In this document: positions 24,610 to 37,621 of the stretch, piece by piece
Position numbering within the stretch: position 1 is the first letter of the stretch
Layout of the letters: each line of letters starts with the position of its first letter
Assembly: GCF_022539665.2 (NCBI RefSeq)
Contig: NC_081333.1
Location: forward strand, 3,596,001 to 3,660,000
Origin: Daphnia carinata
Lineage: Eukaryota
Length of the DNA stretch: 64,000 nucleotides
Direction of reading: 5' to 3'
Notes under the pieces: model-generated
What the model was told of the DNA's origin: nothing
Database searches by the model: none
The model's input: only the letters and a program-made list of their open reading frames with translations
Program-made: the position numbers and the translations under genes

Positions 24610-27600
24610 ATGGGTGATGCTAATGTTCAGACGAGTGGTGGAGGAGGTCCAGGACATCATCATCCGCATCAGTTGCATCATCACCACCATCACCATCAAT
24701 TGCATCATCACCAGCCGATCAATACGGGAGCTCAGCATCATCCGACGCAACATCACGACACCACGACGCGTTGAGTTTTGGTTTGGGCTTTTTCCCCGAT
24801 CCGTCCGAAATCAGCTCGAAATCGCTTCCGCCCTTCTCCTCTTTTGGCGAAACGGAAGGTTTGGGCGAAGGCCTATCCGGCAGACTCCTCGATCTCGGCG
24901 GAGGCAACGGTGGTCCGCCTCCATGGGATCTGTACGGCGAAGGACTTTCTGCCCGTTTGATTGACGTCGGAGCTCCAACTCCGCTCGGACTGGGCATCGG
25001 CGTTGGCGTCGGACTCGGATTAGGCTTTGCTCCGCCTCCGCCAGCTGCCATTCCGGCTAGGGACCAACCGCCACCGAATAGCGGGCCGGGAGGTGTCCAG
25101 TATCGTCCTTGGGAATCTAAGAATCATCCCGACAGCAATGGTAATCCTCCGACACTGCTTGAACTCGGCCGGATGATGGCCGTTACTCCGCCGCCAGGCA
25201 ACACGACACCCAATCCATCCAACGGAGGAGGATTTTCTGAAATTCAACTGTTTCCACCACACGGAAGTAGCCCCAAACTGCCGTCGTTCCAGTCGCAATT
25301 CCAACATTCGTATTCTGCATCCAGTCCCGGACCTCATCCGCCCGCTTTAACGCCCATCAACGCACCAGCTGATCCGACCAACGGTTTTCACGCTTCCGGT
25401 CCGGGTCCTGGCGGTGGCGGCGCCGGTGTTGTCGTGGCGCTACAGAACAATAACAACAACAATGTCCGTTATCCGCTAGTTCCGGCGCCAGTGCATCCGC
25501 AGCGGCCGGAAGTTGTAGGTCACGCACCTCATCCTGGAGCTTTCGTTCATCACGAACGAGCTCATCATTTCGGTCCACTCCCGTCGGTGGCTCAACAGGC
25601 CGCCACCAATCCACAACATTATCCGACGCTTCCGGCCGATTACAACAACGGCGTTCAGCGTCCGGCTCTCCTCCAATCGTCCGGTCCGTCTCCCATTAAC
25701 AACGTCATTAAATTGGAAACGGAAGACTCGCGATCGCCCTTCTCCTCTCAGGGTTCGCTTCCGCGCCAAGCGGCCGGAGACGGCCGAAAGAAGGAGAAGC
25801 GGAAGTACCGAGCGTCTTCGATGGAGAGTTCTAGCAGCGAAGCGTCTGATGCCCAAGTGCCGAGCATCTCTAGCACTGCCCGCGGATTCAAGCACCCGAT
25901 TCACATGACATCGAACGGCAACGATTCCAGCATGGACGGCGAGAAACAGTCTAAGAAGAAGCGGAAACGCTGCGGCGAATGCGTCGGATGCATGCGCAAA
26001 GACAATTGCGCGTCGTGCGCTCCCTGCCGCAACGACAAGTCGCACCAAATCTGCAAAATGCGTCGTTGCGAGAAGTTGACCGAAAAGAAAATCAAGGTTC
26101 GTGCTTTTTAAATTTTCTTTAGCGGGGGGAATCCTTATGACATTTTTTTAAAGACTAGATATCATATGATTCTTTGAATCGTCTGGCTTCTCTTTTTGAT
26201 AAGGTCGGATATTATTATTTGAAAAATGAAGTATCAAGTTTGATGCCAAACTCTGGTATTATTACAAGAAGAGGCTTCTAATTACACACGTACAAATTTT
26301 GTATGTTGTAGGGGGGCATCAATGCGGCTTCACGGAATAGAATATTATTATTTTTTTTTTAGATTTTATTTAAACTTTGTCTGAAAAATGGCAGCTGACA
26401 CGGGAGGAAGGGGGGCCGGAAACTAGGTTTTTCACTATATAACAAATGAGCAACGTCCGGCGCACCCCCAACAATAGAACGCCGCCACACACACACACCG
26501 TCCTGTCACACTTTTTAATGCGTTTTCGTGCGTATATAAAAAATTTTTTTTACTCGAGTATAGGGGGGTTAATTCCGAAATGCGTTTCATGAATTATGCG
26601 GATCGAAAATGTATTTTTTTTTCTTTTTTAGAACCGGTTCAGCTCTTTCTCTAGTTAACGAAAAACAGAAACTTTTTTTTTGAAGGGCAAAAGGACGAAG
26701 CCTGCGGCTAGACAAATATTTAAGCAAATTTTCAGTGTTACCCCAGCGGAAAGGTTCTTTTTCCTCTTCTTTTTCGTATCCGCAGGGGTTTTGGGCTTTC
26801 TGGAGGGCATGTGTTTGTAAAAAAAAAAATGTTTCGCTCTGTGTGTGTGTTAAAAACTTACGGCGCAGAAAACAGCCCTCTGGCGGTGCAGACAGGAAAT
26901 CATTATACATACTGAGCGAAAAGAATTAAGGTCACCAGGATTATGACGTTCACCCGCCATCTGTCGAATAAAGCTTGAGGCTAAACTACTTAGGCCTCTG
27001 AAATAATCACTACAATAAAAAAATTGCCATGTGACAAACACACACAAGATGGCAGATAAGGACGTCCTTGTTTTTTGTTGTCGGCAGCTGTTGACCGTGA
27101 GAAAACGAAATGATACGTTTATTTCGCACATTGATGATTACCCCTCCAATTATTGTTTTGTTTACAACCTTGTAGCCTAACGTAGACATGAAGGTGAAAG
27201 GTTACTTCAGATGGAGGTCACGGGGCCTTATAAATGTGCACGGACACGATGAAGTGCATGTCTAACGAGAGGAGAACACAAAGAGTTTTCGAAAATACTG
27301 GGCTCTTACAGACCATGTGGCATGGACGTAGTGATGGTGGGGGGACTTTGAAATTTGAAACCCCCCATCGTGAGCTATTTTCGTCTTTTTTTTTCAAGTT
27401 CCACGTTCTTTTTTTGTCTGTTTAGACGACAATTTTCTTTTTCTTTTAAAACTAGTTTTCTTACCAATTTATTTCCAATCCAGTCATGACATTGAATTCT
27501 TAATGAAAAAGTTCAAGGGCTCATTAAATAGGGAATTTTTTGTTTTTGTTTAAAATGTCGGCCATGTTTTTTTTTTTTCCTTTGCCAGTTTCCAGATGTT

Positions 27601-30600
27601 TTCGTGTCTGACCAACTGAGCAAATATCTGGAAGTGGCGATGTGTGTGCAGCAGATGGTCGTCTGTGAGCATAACAAGAAAACTAGTGGAAAACGAATGG
27701 CGAGTAAAGACGAAGAGAATGAAAGAGGAGTAAAGAAAAGGGTCATTCTTTATGGGAAACAAAATATATATATATATGCCCAGGTGAAAGGTCAGCAACC
27801 GTAAGCTCGTCGACGTTCATCACGAATTGGTGGAAAAAAAGAAAATCTTTTGATTTTTCGCCCTGTGGCATTGCTCTCATCTTTCCATCGACCTTCTGCT
27901 GCTAAAAGTTCCGTTACGGGGGTCTACCTGAAAAGACACAAAAGAAAAATACTTTTTTTTTTTTCACTGTGAAATCCACACTGGGGGTTTTCAGCCTATC
28001 GGTTTTTATATCTCCGATAGAGTCGTACTCGTTTTGCTTGTTGTTCTTTGAACAGCAGATGCTCTTTAAAAGTGAAAATGTCGGTTAGGAAATTCCTTTT
28101 TATGTGGAGGGATGAAAAAAAAAAAGGTTAGATCGTTTTATACTATCGAGGAATGAAATTCAGGAGAGAAAAAAAAGACGCGCTGATTTATAGACGCTGA
28201 CGCCATCTTTGTTCGTGGGAAAAACTCGGATCTCTTTTGTTCCCTCCACTCTCGTTTTTTTTCTCTTCTTCATCGTTCCTGAATTCAAGACGATTTTTTG
28301 TTGTTGCTCTTTTGTGTGTTTTTTGTCCGTTGCGATCCTGCACCATCACGAAAGCAACTGCTGTCGTATGTGAAATAATTCAATTGGAACCGCCATGTGT
28401 CGACCGTGTCTCTTTGGACGCAGCTGCCATGTGTGCCCCCACGCGGTCCCCATCTGCGGCCATTTTTCGTTTGATCTATTCATTTCTTTTTTGTTTTCAC
28501 CTAAGATTTCCCCAAAATATGAAAACAAATTTCGTTTTCGAGATAGATAAAGTAGATAAGAACCTCAGAGAAACAATGGCAATCACAAAAGATCAACAAG
28601 CTGGGGAAGATAGTAAGTTTTTACACGCGAGAAGCAGACGCTAGAGATTGGGCCGCTAGAGGCAGCACCAGTCGGTCACCTAAAAGCGCCCTCCCTTTGT
28701 CCTGGAGGAGAGAAGGGTGGGAAATCAATTCAGCGCGCGCAAAAGTTGGTCCAGCTGTCCCCATTTCTTTTTCCCCATCCCTAAGCTCCACCTTTTGTCG
28801 AAACATCTGCCGCTCTTTGATGCGTAGCTGCAGAACAGCAATTTTCGTGATGTTTGAAAAAAAAAAAAAAATAATTTCATTTTCCAACGAACACACACAC
28901 ACTCAGCAGCTAATGCTTTTGATGTTTATCGAATTAGAAGAGAATGCATCATTTCCTTTTCATGGCAACGCCGCTGGCGGCCATTTTTCTTTTTCTGAAT
29001 AACAGTTAAAAAAAAAAAAAAAAAGAAAAACGAAAGTGCGAGTTCGGCGTGAGTGGCTCTATTGTTTGTTTTGGTGACCAAGGGAAATCCCCCTCAAGAT
29101 TTCTTCGAGGCATTTTCCCGTTTTCTTTTTTCTTGTTCCAAGTATTGGGGATATCCCTCCCGTCTTGTGTCTTCCCCCTCGTGTTTTCACCTGTGTCGGC
29201 ATGTGTGTGTGTGTGGATTTGAGGGGGGGGGGGGGAAACGTCTTCTTTTCATGAACATCTCTTTTCTCTTTCACCCCTCGTATATTTATATAGTTGATTC
29301 TTTCTCCCCATAGTATCTCGGGCATTTAACCCGACTGAAAGTGACCATGTCATTTCTCCCCCTACTCAGGTCGTTTTTTTGTGTCTGTTTCTCCCCTCAT
29401 CTATGACGCGTTTTTTTTTTTTCAACTTTGGTTTTTTTTTTTTAGGGGGAACACCCAACTTCTTCACCCCCCTCCATTGAAAAAAAGGTTTTTTGATAGA
29501 CTTTGAGAGACTATGGGAAATCCCTTTTTTCTCCTCCCCCATGCAAAACAATTCCGATAAGGGAATCCCCTAAATTGGAACAGGTTGATGCCCCACTTGT
29601 AACTCGTCCTATAAATGTTACGTCAAACACCCACTCAAACGTTTGTTATTTTTTTTTTTTTACATCAACAGATTCCTCGCGAGAAAGGTGAAGGACGAGC
29701 TGCTCGTGCAAACAACAACAGCGCCAACAACTCTAGCAACAACAGCGCCACGTCTGCCAACGGCACGATAGCCCAATCCGTAGCCACCCCACCCACACCG
29801 ACCAACACAATGGCCAATGGCAACGTCTCAGCTGCTAATTGGGATCGTGGATATGCGCCCAATGCGTGGGCTCCTGCTGCTCAACCGGCTGTTGTCAATG
29901 GGACAACTGATGAGAATCAATGGGCCGCTGGATACCAGCCGGAAACATATGATCCGTCCTTCAATTTCAACCCGCTCCAACAACAGGGTGGGTTTCATGC
30001 ACCGGCGCCTGTTGTTGACACGTTTGCAAACGGCCAAACCAACGGGTTCCGACCGAGACCGAGCCCTCAACCTCAACAGATTCAAATTGGTGGATTTAGT
30101 CCGCATATGACGTCACCTCATCCATCACCCGGATCGGGTCAACAGTTGAACGGACGCTGTGGCAGCGTTCCACCTCATTTCAATGGCCAGGACGGTTTCA
30201 TGAATGGAAGTCCCTTTACGAGCCCGAGTCCTCGTCCGCCGTCGTCCAACAATCCTCCCAGCGTAGGAGAAAACTTCCGCAATGTCGGAGGTAATTCCGA
30301 GTCGAATGGTCAACAAATTCACCCAAACGGGCCGCCTGGGTATCCGTCTCCATCACCAATCCCCCATCCGAGTTCGCACAACTCTAATGGCGGATATCCA
30401 GGCCAACAGCAAGGGAAGGGCGAGCCGTGGGAGCCGGGGAGCGAACCCAAACAGCAGCAGCGTTCCACTCCGCACGAAGAGCTCAATAATCGGCTCAAGG
30501 AGAAGATTCTCAGCAAGCAGCAAATGCAACAACAGCAGCAACAACACTCATTCCAACAACAGCAGCAGCAGCAGCAGCAGCACGAGTTGCAGCAAAACCC

Positions 30601-33600
30601 ACCTAATAATGGCGGCGGACAGTCTTTCTATATGAACTATCCATACCAACAAAATAATGAGGAATACTCGGATCAGCATTTCAATCCGACCAGCGCGTCG
30701 TCTCCTTCCTCGTCGACTAGCAATAACAACGTCCGGCTGGACGTTCACTTGGAACCCAATTCAACGGCCCATTTTTTAGGACCAGCCCACCCTCAGAACG
30801 GCGGCACTGGGGGTGGGAATCTTCCGGAGGAACAACAACAGATGCCTCAGCTTCTTCAGAGTCCGGAAACAACGACGCCGTCGTCGCCGCCACCACCGCC
30901 ATCTAACGGTTGTCAAGCGAATCACTTGGCACCTACCAGTGCAGCTAATGCCCCTCTTGCTCCTCCTACTCATGATCCCGAACAGGATCGTATGAGCAAA
31001 TTGAAGAATAATTTAAAAGACGAAGTGCCGCCCTGCCAGTGTTTCCCAACGGACCAATGTAAGTCTCCCGTCCGCTGAAAAGGGGAAAAAAATTTTGAAA
31101 TTTTGTTTGAGAGCAAAGGAATTATTTTCTCAACCACAAACACTCATCCCACCTAAACCTATACCCTCGTTGTGGTCGTCGCAAAATTTAAGACAAAATC
31201 CAGTTTAAATTTTGTCTTTATTGAATTTTCATTTTTCAAACATTTTTGAAAAACGAAAAGTATAAATTCCTACAAGAAAAAAAAAATTAGATCAAGCAAA
31301 AAAAAAAATTAATTTTTTAAAATTGAAATTGATGACTCCTTTTTTTTTGTTGCATGGCTGGTGTGTTTTAACGATTATATTTACCTTTTCTCATCTTTTG
31401 GAAAAACAAAATCATGTGACATTTTTTTTACACGCATCACACTCCTTCACTTTTAGGAAATTTCTACCTTTTTTTATGAATTAAGGACCAGAGCATTGAG
31501 AAAAAGCTTTATTATTATTCTGTGGGTGTGTGCGTTTTTGTTTCGCTCGTGTGAATGCTCCAGTGTATGTTTCATTTTTTTTTCTCCCCCTTTTTTCTTT
31601 CATATAATTATTTTTCACACAACAGCAAATTTTTTTTTTTTTTTGACGGGGTGCTTGTACGAACATCACATTTTTTGTTTGTTTGTTGTGTCCCTGTTCG
31701 CCTTCTCCTTTCCAAATGGGGATTATTTTCCTTCTGGCAAATTGACTGTCTGAAATTAGATTCTGGATTAGTCGTATTTTATTGGGCGAGAATGATGCAG
31801 TTTTTGATTGTAGTAATTTTTATTAAAAAAAAATGGAAAATTGTAGTATGTGTAGTCTTATTTCTCTATCTCAAAAATCTCCTATTTTCCGATTTCTATT
31901 TTTCTACGAAATTTTTCCTTTGATAAAAAAATGTCGTTTTTTTTCACCAGTCGCTATCAATGGGAGGAAAAAGAAACAACAAACCTCAAGGCATTTTTTT
32001 ATTCAATAATTATTTTCTTTGTATAAGATTATATCAAAAATCCCCCTCCAAAAAAAAATAATTAATTAAACCAGCCAATTTCTTACTACGCAAATAAACT
32101 GCCTGAATTGTTTCTATCGAAAACAAGAAAATCGACAAACGGATTTTTTAAAGAAATTTTATTTAATGCATCCCCAATTTTTTTTTTATTTAGTTGCTGG
32201 TGGGGTATCGTCTATGTGTTTGGTTATTGGGCTTTTATAGTGTGAACAAACCCAAATGTCTTCCCCTCCACCATCTCCTCGTTTGTCTTGTTTGTTTTGG
32301 AATTTCGGTGTTGTTGATGTTACGCGGTGCTTGGCTTCACAACAACTTCTGGTCAGTTCCCATCAACCTTATAATATTCAAAATGCGCATGTCTTTATAT
32401 CGACATTAAAGAAAAAAAAATGATGATTGCAACAAAACAAAAAAAAACAAATCAAAATATTAGTACCGCAAGAACCTGGCCCTTATTACACACATCTGGG
32501 ATTCGGTGAAAGTGTTGCATCGCTACGTCAGCTGATGGAGCAAAGGACTGGCCTTGCCGGAAGAGCCATCCGCTTTGAGAAGATTCTTTACACGGGCAAA
32601 GAAGGCAAAACGGCCCAGGGATGTCCCATCGCTAAATGGGTAAATTAAATATTATGCGATTTAAATTATTATAACCCATTTTAAATTTTGCTTCGTTTAG
32701 ATAATACGACGTTCCAGTCTGGAGGAAAAAGTCCTTTGTCTCGTTAAAGAACGTCGCGGACATCGATGCCGGTCGACTTGGTTGATTGTCATTTCCGTTG
32801 CGTGGGAAGGATTGGCTCTAAGAGACTCGGATTACCTTTACGGCGAATTGGTTAACCGGTTAAACGCTCACGGACTGGCCACCAATCGGCGTTGCGCTAC
32901 CAACGAGGATCGGACTTGCGCCTGCCAAGGTCTTGATCCCGACACTTGCGGTGCTTCTTACTCGTTTGGATGTTCATGGAGCATGTTTTTTAACGGATGC
33001 AAATTCGCCAGAAGCAAAACACAAAGCGTCCGTAAATTTCGTCTAAGTGACGAGTCTCAGGTCAGATGCTTTTTCCTAATGATTTTGCGATATTAAATTG
33101 TTCAATGAGTATTTATTTAAAAAAAAACAGGAAGGGGATATTGGAGATCGATTGCAGCGATTTGCGACTGCCATTGCTCCTCTGTTTAAACGGATCGCTC
33201 CAGATGCTTATGCCAATCAAGTCGAATTTGAAAAGACGGCCATTGACTGTCGTCTTGGTCTTACCCCCGGAAGACCGTTTGCTGGCGTAACGGCCTGTTT
33301 CGACTTTTGCGCTCATTCTCACCGCGATCTTCACGACATGAATAATGGATGCACCGTGGTAAACATACTTTGGCTCGTTTGTTATAATTGTCATAAAACC
33401 CAACATTTTCCGTTAGGTTACCACTTTGACGCGCCATCGAGGCTTCCACAAACCGACGGACGATGAGCAATTGCACGTGTTGCCGCATTACGTTTTGGCT
33501 GATGTTGACGAATGCGACAGCGTCGAAGGACAAAGAAACAAAGTGGAGACTGGTGCCATTGAAATTCTCAACAAGTAAACAGCTTCCATCCGTTTCCTGT

Positions 33601-34576
33601 CCGCCCTTGTTTCCTAAACATGTTGTTTTCTCAATTCAGGTACCCTTCTATTTTGAGACGTCATTCACAGCCGATTCCAAGTAAAACTAAACGGAAAGCG
33701 CCAATTCAGTCCAACCGAGTCATCTATACAGCGACCAATGAAGACGCCGCTCTCGTGCAAAGCAGTCACGTGACAAGTTCTACTTACGACGAAAGATATC
33801 CTAGTAGGACATATTTGGAACAATCGGGCTCAATGGAAAGCAAAATCAGAGCTTTACAAACTCCATCACAAACTTACAGACCCGATCATCTGATGTCGAA
33901 TTCGGCTTTTACCAATTGGGGAGGATACGCTCCTCCTCAACAACAATGTTGGCAACAATCGCAATGGCTTAATCGACCTGTCGACCCTCAACTATCCCAG
34001 TGGTGGAGACAGAGTTTGTCTTCTTCTTCCAGTGAAATGCGTCCCTTTGGGCCCGTTCATCCAGTCCAACCGTTCCAAAATCTACTCCGTCATCAACCTC
34101 CTGAACCAAGAGTGACTGTCGAGGTTAGCGACAATGAAGAGAATTTCAAAGATCCTAACATAGGTGGTGTGGCTATCGCTTTGACGCACGGCTCGGTTCT
34201 TTTTGAATGCGCCAAACACGAACTGCACGCGACAACGGCTTTACGGAATCCCAATCGACGAAACCCCACCCGGATATCTCTCGTTCTCTATCAGCATCGT
34301 AATATGAACGAGAGCAAACACGGATTCGATATCAACGAGAAAAAGATGGAACGAAAACGAATCGAGCAACAACGGCAAGAGGAAGCTCAAACAACTGCAT
34401 CGACAATTCCTCAACAACCTACCTGGTTACCGGCAACAAACCCTTACGGCTGCACTTTGCCGGCCTCGGCAGCCGCTTCTTGCTATCCGAATTCTCAGCA
34501 GCCGGTTTTGCCTTCCATCCATCACGCATTTCCGTACCATTTATCTTACCCCAATAATCCACAAGGCAAATACTAG
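24610..34576 (+). CDS. Tet: TET-family 2OG/Fe(II) DNA/RNA dioxygenase with N-terminal CXXC zinc finger; start codon uncertain
   Basis: [42 protein letters not shown], Cys-rich [26 protein letters not shown] and [30 protein letters not shown]. Catalytic motifs CAHSHRD (HxD), [11 protein letters not shown] and RISLVLYQH are intact. Exons about 24610/24631-26095, 29672-31058, 32464-32639, 32701-33060, 33131-33358, 33418-33574 and 33641-34576. Confidence 0.95.
30512..30580 (+). repeat. CAG/CAA polyglutamine microsatellite inside a TET exon
   Basis: cagcagcag and caacag runs encoding [21 protein letters not shown]. Confidence 0.85.
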
Positions 34577-35541
34577 ACGGGATTATAATTTTGATTTACT
34601 ACATCACAAAATGCTAACGAGCCATATTTCTTTAATCGATGAAATTGGTAAATTATTTTTGACTTGTTTTTAATTTGATGTTTGACTTGTGCAAAAGAAG
34701 GGCGTAGGGAATCGTGTTCTTTTAGCCTATTCGACTGTATGCATAAAACAATAATTTCAGACCGAGTTGGCGAATGTGGCTTGAAGTTCAAAACAGAAAC
34801 AATTCAGTGCTTTACAGTTTTTGAAAAGACGTGCTATTTTGGCGATACAAAATTTTCTAGAAATTTAAAAATAATAATAATGTGGACCGTTTGGACGCAA
34901 ACTTCGGCAGGGAAAACGTATTCCGTACAAAAAAAAATGTTTTCGCTTGTTTTATTTTTATTTTTAGTATCGCTCTTTTCGAGTCACATGTCAGTGTGTC
35001 TTTTTTTTTTTAACCTGATCTCTCGCACTGATTTTGTTTTGTGGGAAATCTCCAGTTCAAGAAGTGGTACCAAACGGTGCAGATCCTCGCAGGTGTCATC
35101 TGCTAAAATTAGAAATTATTCAAGAAAAACAGGAAGACATCCCGATTGTTAAAATCTAACCACAATAATAATTACTTGTAGTATCACGATGCCATTGTTT
35201 TCTTTTACCCTTTATTTTTTAATTATTATTTAAATTCATGTTGGTGTAATTTCCTTTTAGAAAATTTTTCAAACCTCTTTTGTTCAGCCTGTAAAGAGCT
35301 TGCCAAGTCCATCCGCCACAAGTAACTACCACCTCATTTATCAATAATCCTGCAAAAAAATGCATTTTAAGTTTCAATACATCCGTATTTCTTTTTGTAA
35401 CATACTTTTTATTTTTATTTTTTTTTTTATGGTTGGCTAATTGTGACTTTGGACAAAAGCTGGAACGACGAATTTGTATGCTGGAAAACGACTATTAAAG
35501 AGTAGACAAGACAATATCTACATGCAAAATGGTAGAAGAAT

Positions 35542-36161
35542 CTATTTGGATTTCTTTTCAGCATCGATGTGGTCCATGTAAGCCACACCTGTCTTGAGGA
35601 GGACAATACTGGTTCCTGCTGCAACAACTACACGAACTGGGGTGTTGTCAGGAACAAGGACTCGTGTCATTGCCCATAGTAGTAGTGAACCCAATGTGAA
35701 CATGGTTGAGCCAAAAACACTATTGTACCATGAGAGAAATTAGTATTTAAATGTTCATATTTTCATTCAGGTATTTGTTTTGAACCTGAAAAGGATTTTT
35801 TGCTTTTTGTCCTTAATTGCAGCCAAATGGGGCCTCGATGCCAAATACAGAGAACCTCCAACTAAAGTTGTGCCCATCAAAACGTTTGTGAGATCACGAT
35901 TCGGAGAGACTCTAATTATGAATTCCAATTAAAAGATTAGCATCATGCACGCGGCGGTAATTACATAAATACATACTTGTGCATAAGGTCTGGGCTGAAC
36001 ATATTAACAGCCAAAAGACCGTAGCTTGCACCTGACGCCATTGTTATCGGGCAAGCCATTTTAGAGTCTTTCATGCAACTAAGACCAAGAGAATCCATGA
36101 GCGAGCAAGAATGTTTTTTATCAGCATCGCCGGGAAACGAAATATCACCGGTAGTCGCCAT
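35542..36161 (-). CDS. Small multi-pass membrane protein of unknown function (about 160 aa, 3 exons)
   Basis: Spliced ORF with canonical GT-AG introns: MATTGD...SYGLLAVNMFSPDLMHK|VSPNRDLTNVLMGTTLVGGSLYLASRPHL...ILFS|VFGSTMFTLGSLLLWAMTRVLVP...AYMDHIDAEKKSK-stop, with about 4 hydrophobic segments. Confidence 0.75.
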
Positions 36162-37621
36162 ATTACGTGATGTTTCAAAAAGTTACTGACGAGGATTTGG
36201 TTACAAAGTTCTTCTTTGCGGCTAAAGATTTCTGCTAGAAGCGTTGCCGTTCGTATGACGTTGCCAGGTGTTTCCGTGAATTCTCGGTGTTTCCAAACGA
36301 GATTTCTGAAAAATTCATCGTCATTTTGAAAGACATTTTAGGAAAATGTCAGCTACCTGTAGACATAATCCCTCAAAGTGACGAATTTGTATTTTTTTTT
36401 GGCTTCTCGCATATCACCCAAGGCTATGGCAAATGGCAATTACAAGGATGGCGAACTGAAGAGCCCTTCTGCTAAACTATAACATGAAAAAGTCGGAAAC
36501 AAACTGAGCTTTTTGAACTCAATCGAGTAGAATGATCTCAATTAAGAAATAACAACTAGTGGCCATTGTTTTGTCCCGGAAACGTGCAACGATGTACTGA
36601 TCAAGCCAATTAGACCATGAAGCCCATGATGTCTAAATTTGGGTTTGCATCTTGTTGATATTAAAACATTTTGGCTTCCATCTTAAACTGGGACTTCAGG
36701 AATGTGACTCTCACGGGAGTGACGCATGTGCCTCATGTTTAGAACGATGAAACATCACATTGAACTTTTGTTCTACTAATCTCGAATGTCAACAAAGTTT
36801 CAACTTAGTAGCTAGTGGGCAAGCACTGTAGCTATAAAAAAAAATGAAAAGAAAATTTCCTGCTAGACAGCCACTGCTTGAATGTCACTCAAAAGAAACC
36901 CTGTCAGTATAGTTGCTGAGTTTTGTCTCCATATTTACGTTGTTCAAAAAAGAAGAAAAATGGTAGTGTAACAATTTCCTTTTTCCGGTGCCATTGTCTT
37001 TTCAAGTTGTTGTCTCGCCACTATGGTGGGTCATTGTGTTAAGACAGTTTCGCCACGTCACGCTTTTACATTGGGAATGAAAAAGACCACAAAAAAAACT
37101 GAATTATGGTTCATCATGTGATCACGTCAAGCGTGAAAGTTTTCGTCAAATCACCATGTCTTCTCCGTTCTGGGGCTGTGGCATTGGCCTATATTTGAAA
37201 AAGGTTATATCTTCCGTGCCATCTAGCGGTGTTGGGGCCAAGGACACGGATGTCAATGTTATTTTTTTGTTCGTCTTTGACGGCTTCGCTGTTCGCTCTC
37301 CAGACTTGACTGAACTCTCTCTCTCTCCCTCTCGTGTCTGACTCTCTCCCCAATCTCCCATCTCGGCGTGAGAGAGGGGTGTGCATTTTCTGCATACTAT
37401 TTATAGAGTCGAGTTCGATTTTATCGTCGGCGTTGGCGTCTGAAAAAGTCGACACGTTTTCAAAAGCTTTTGTGATGTCGTCCTAGTTGACGTGTGTCTG
37501 TTTAGTCCCGTCGCTTCCCTTCGTTGTTCTTGCACGTTTAATCAATTGAGCAGCCGACCACAGCAACGTTTGCAGTCGAAACACATTCGGAACCGGGACA
37601 GGAGCTGATGTTCCTTCAGAA

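Noticed and set aside
24719..25051. Protein-like antisense ORF ([11 protein letters not shown]...) opposite TET
   Set aside because: It is the shadow of the GC-rich sense exon, whose frame runs uninterrupted into the CXXC domain. There is no independent support.
26100..29670. Many short ORFs in TET introns
   Set aside because: They are low-complexity poly-A/T translations (F/K-rich) with no recognisable motifs.
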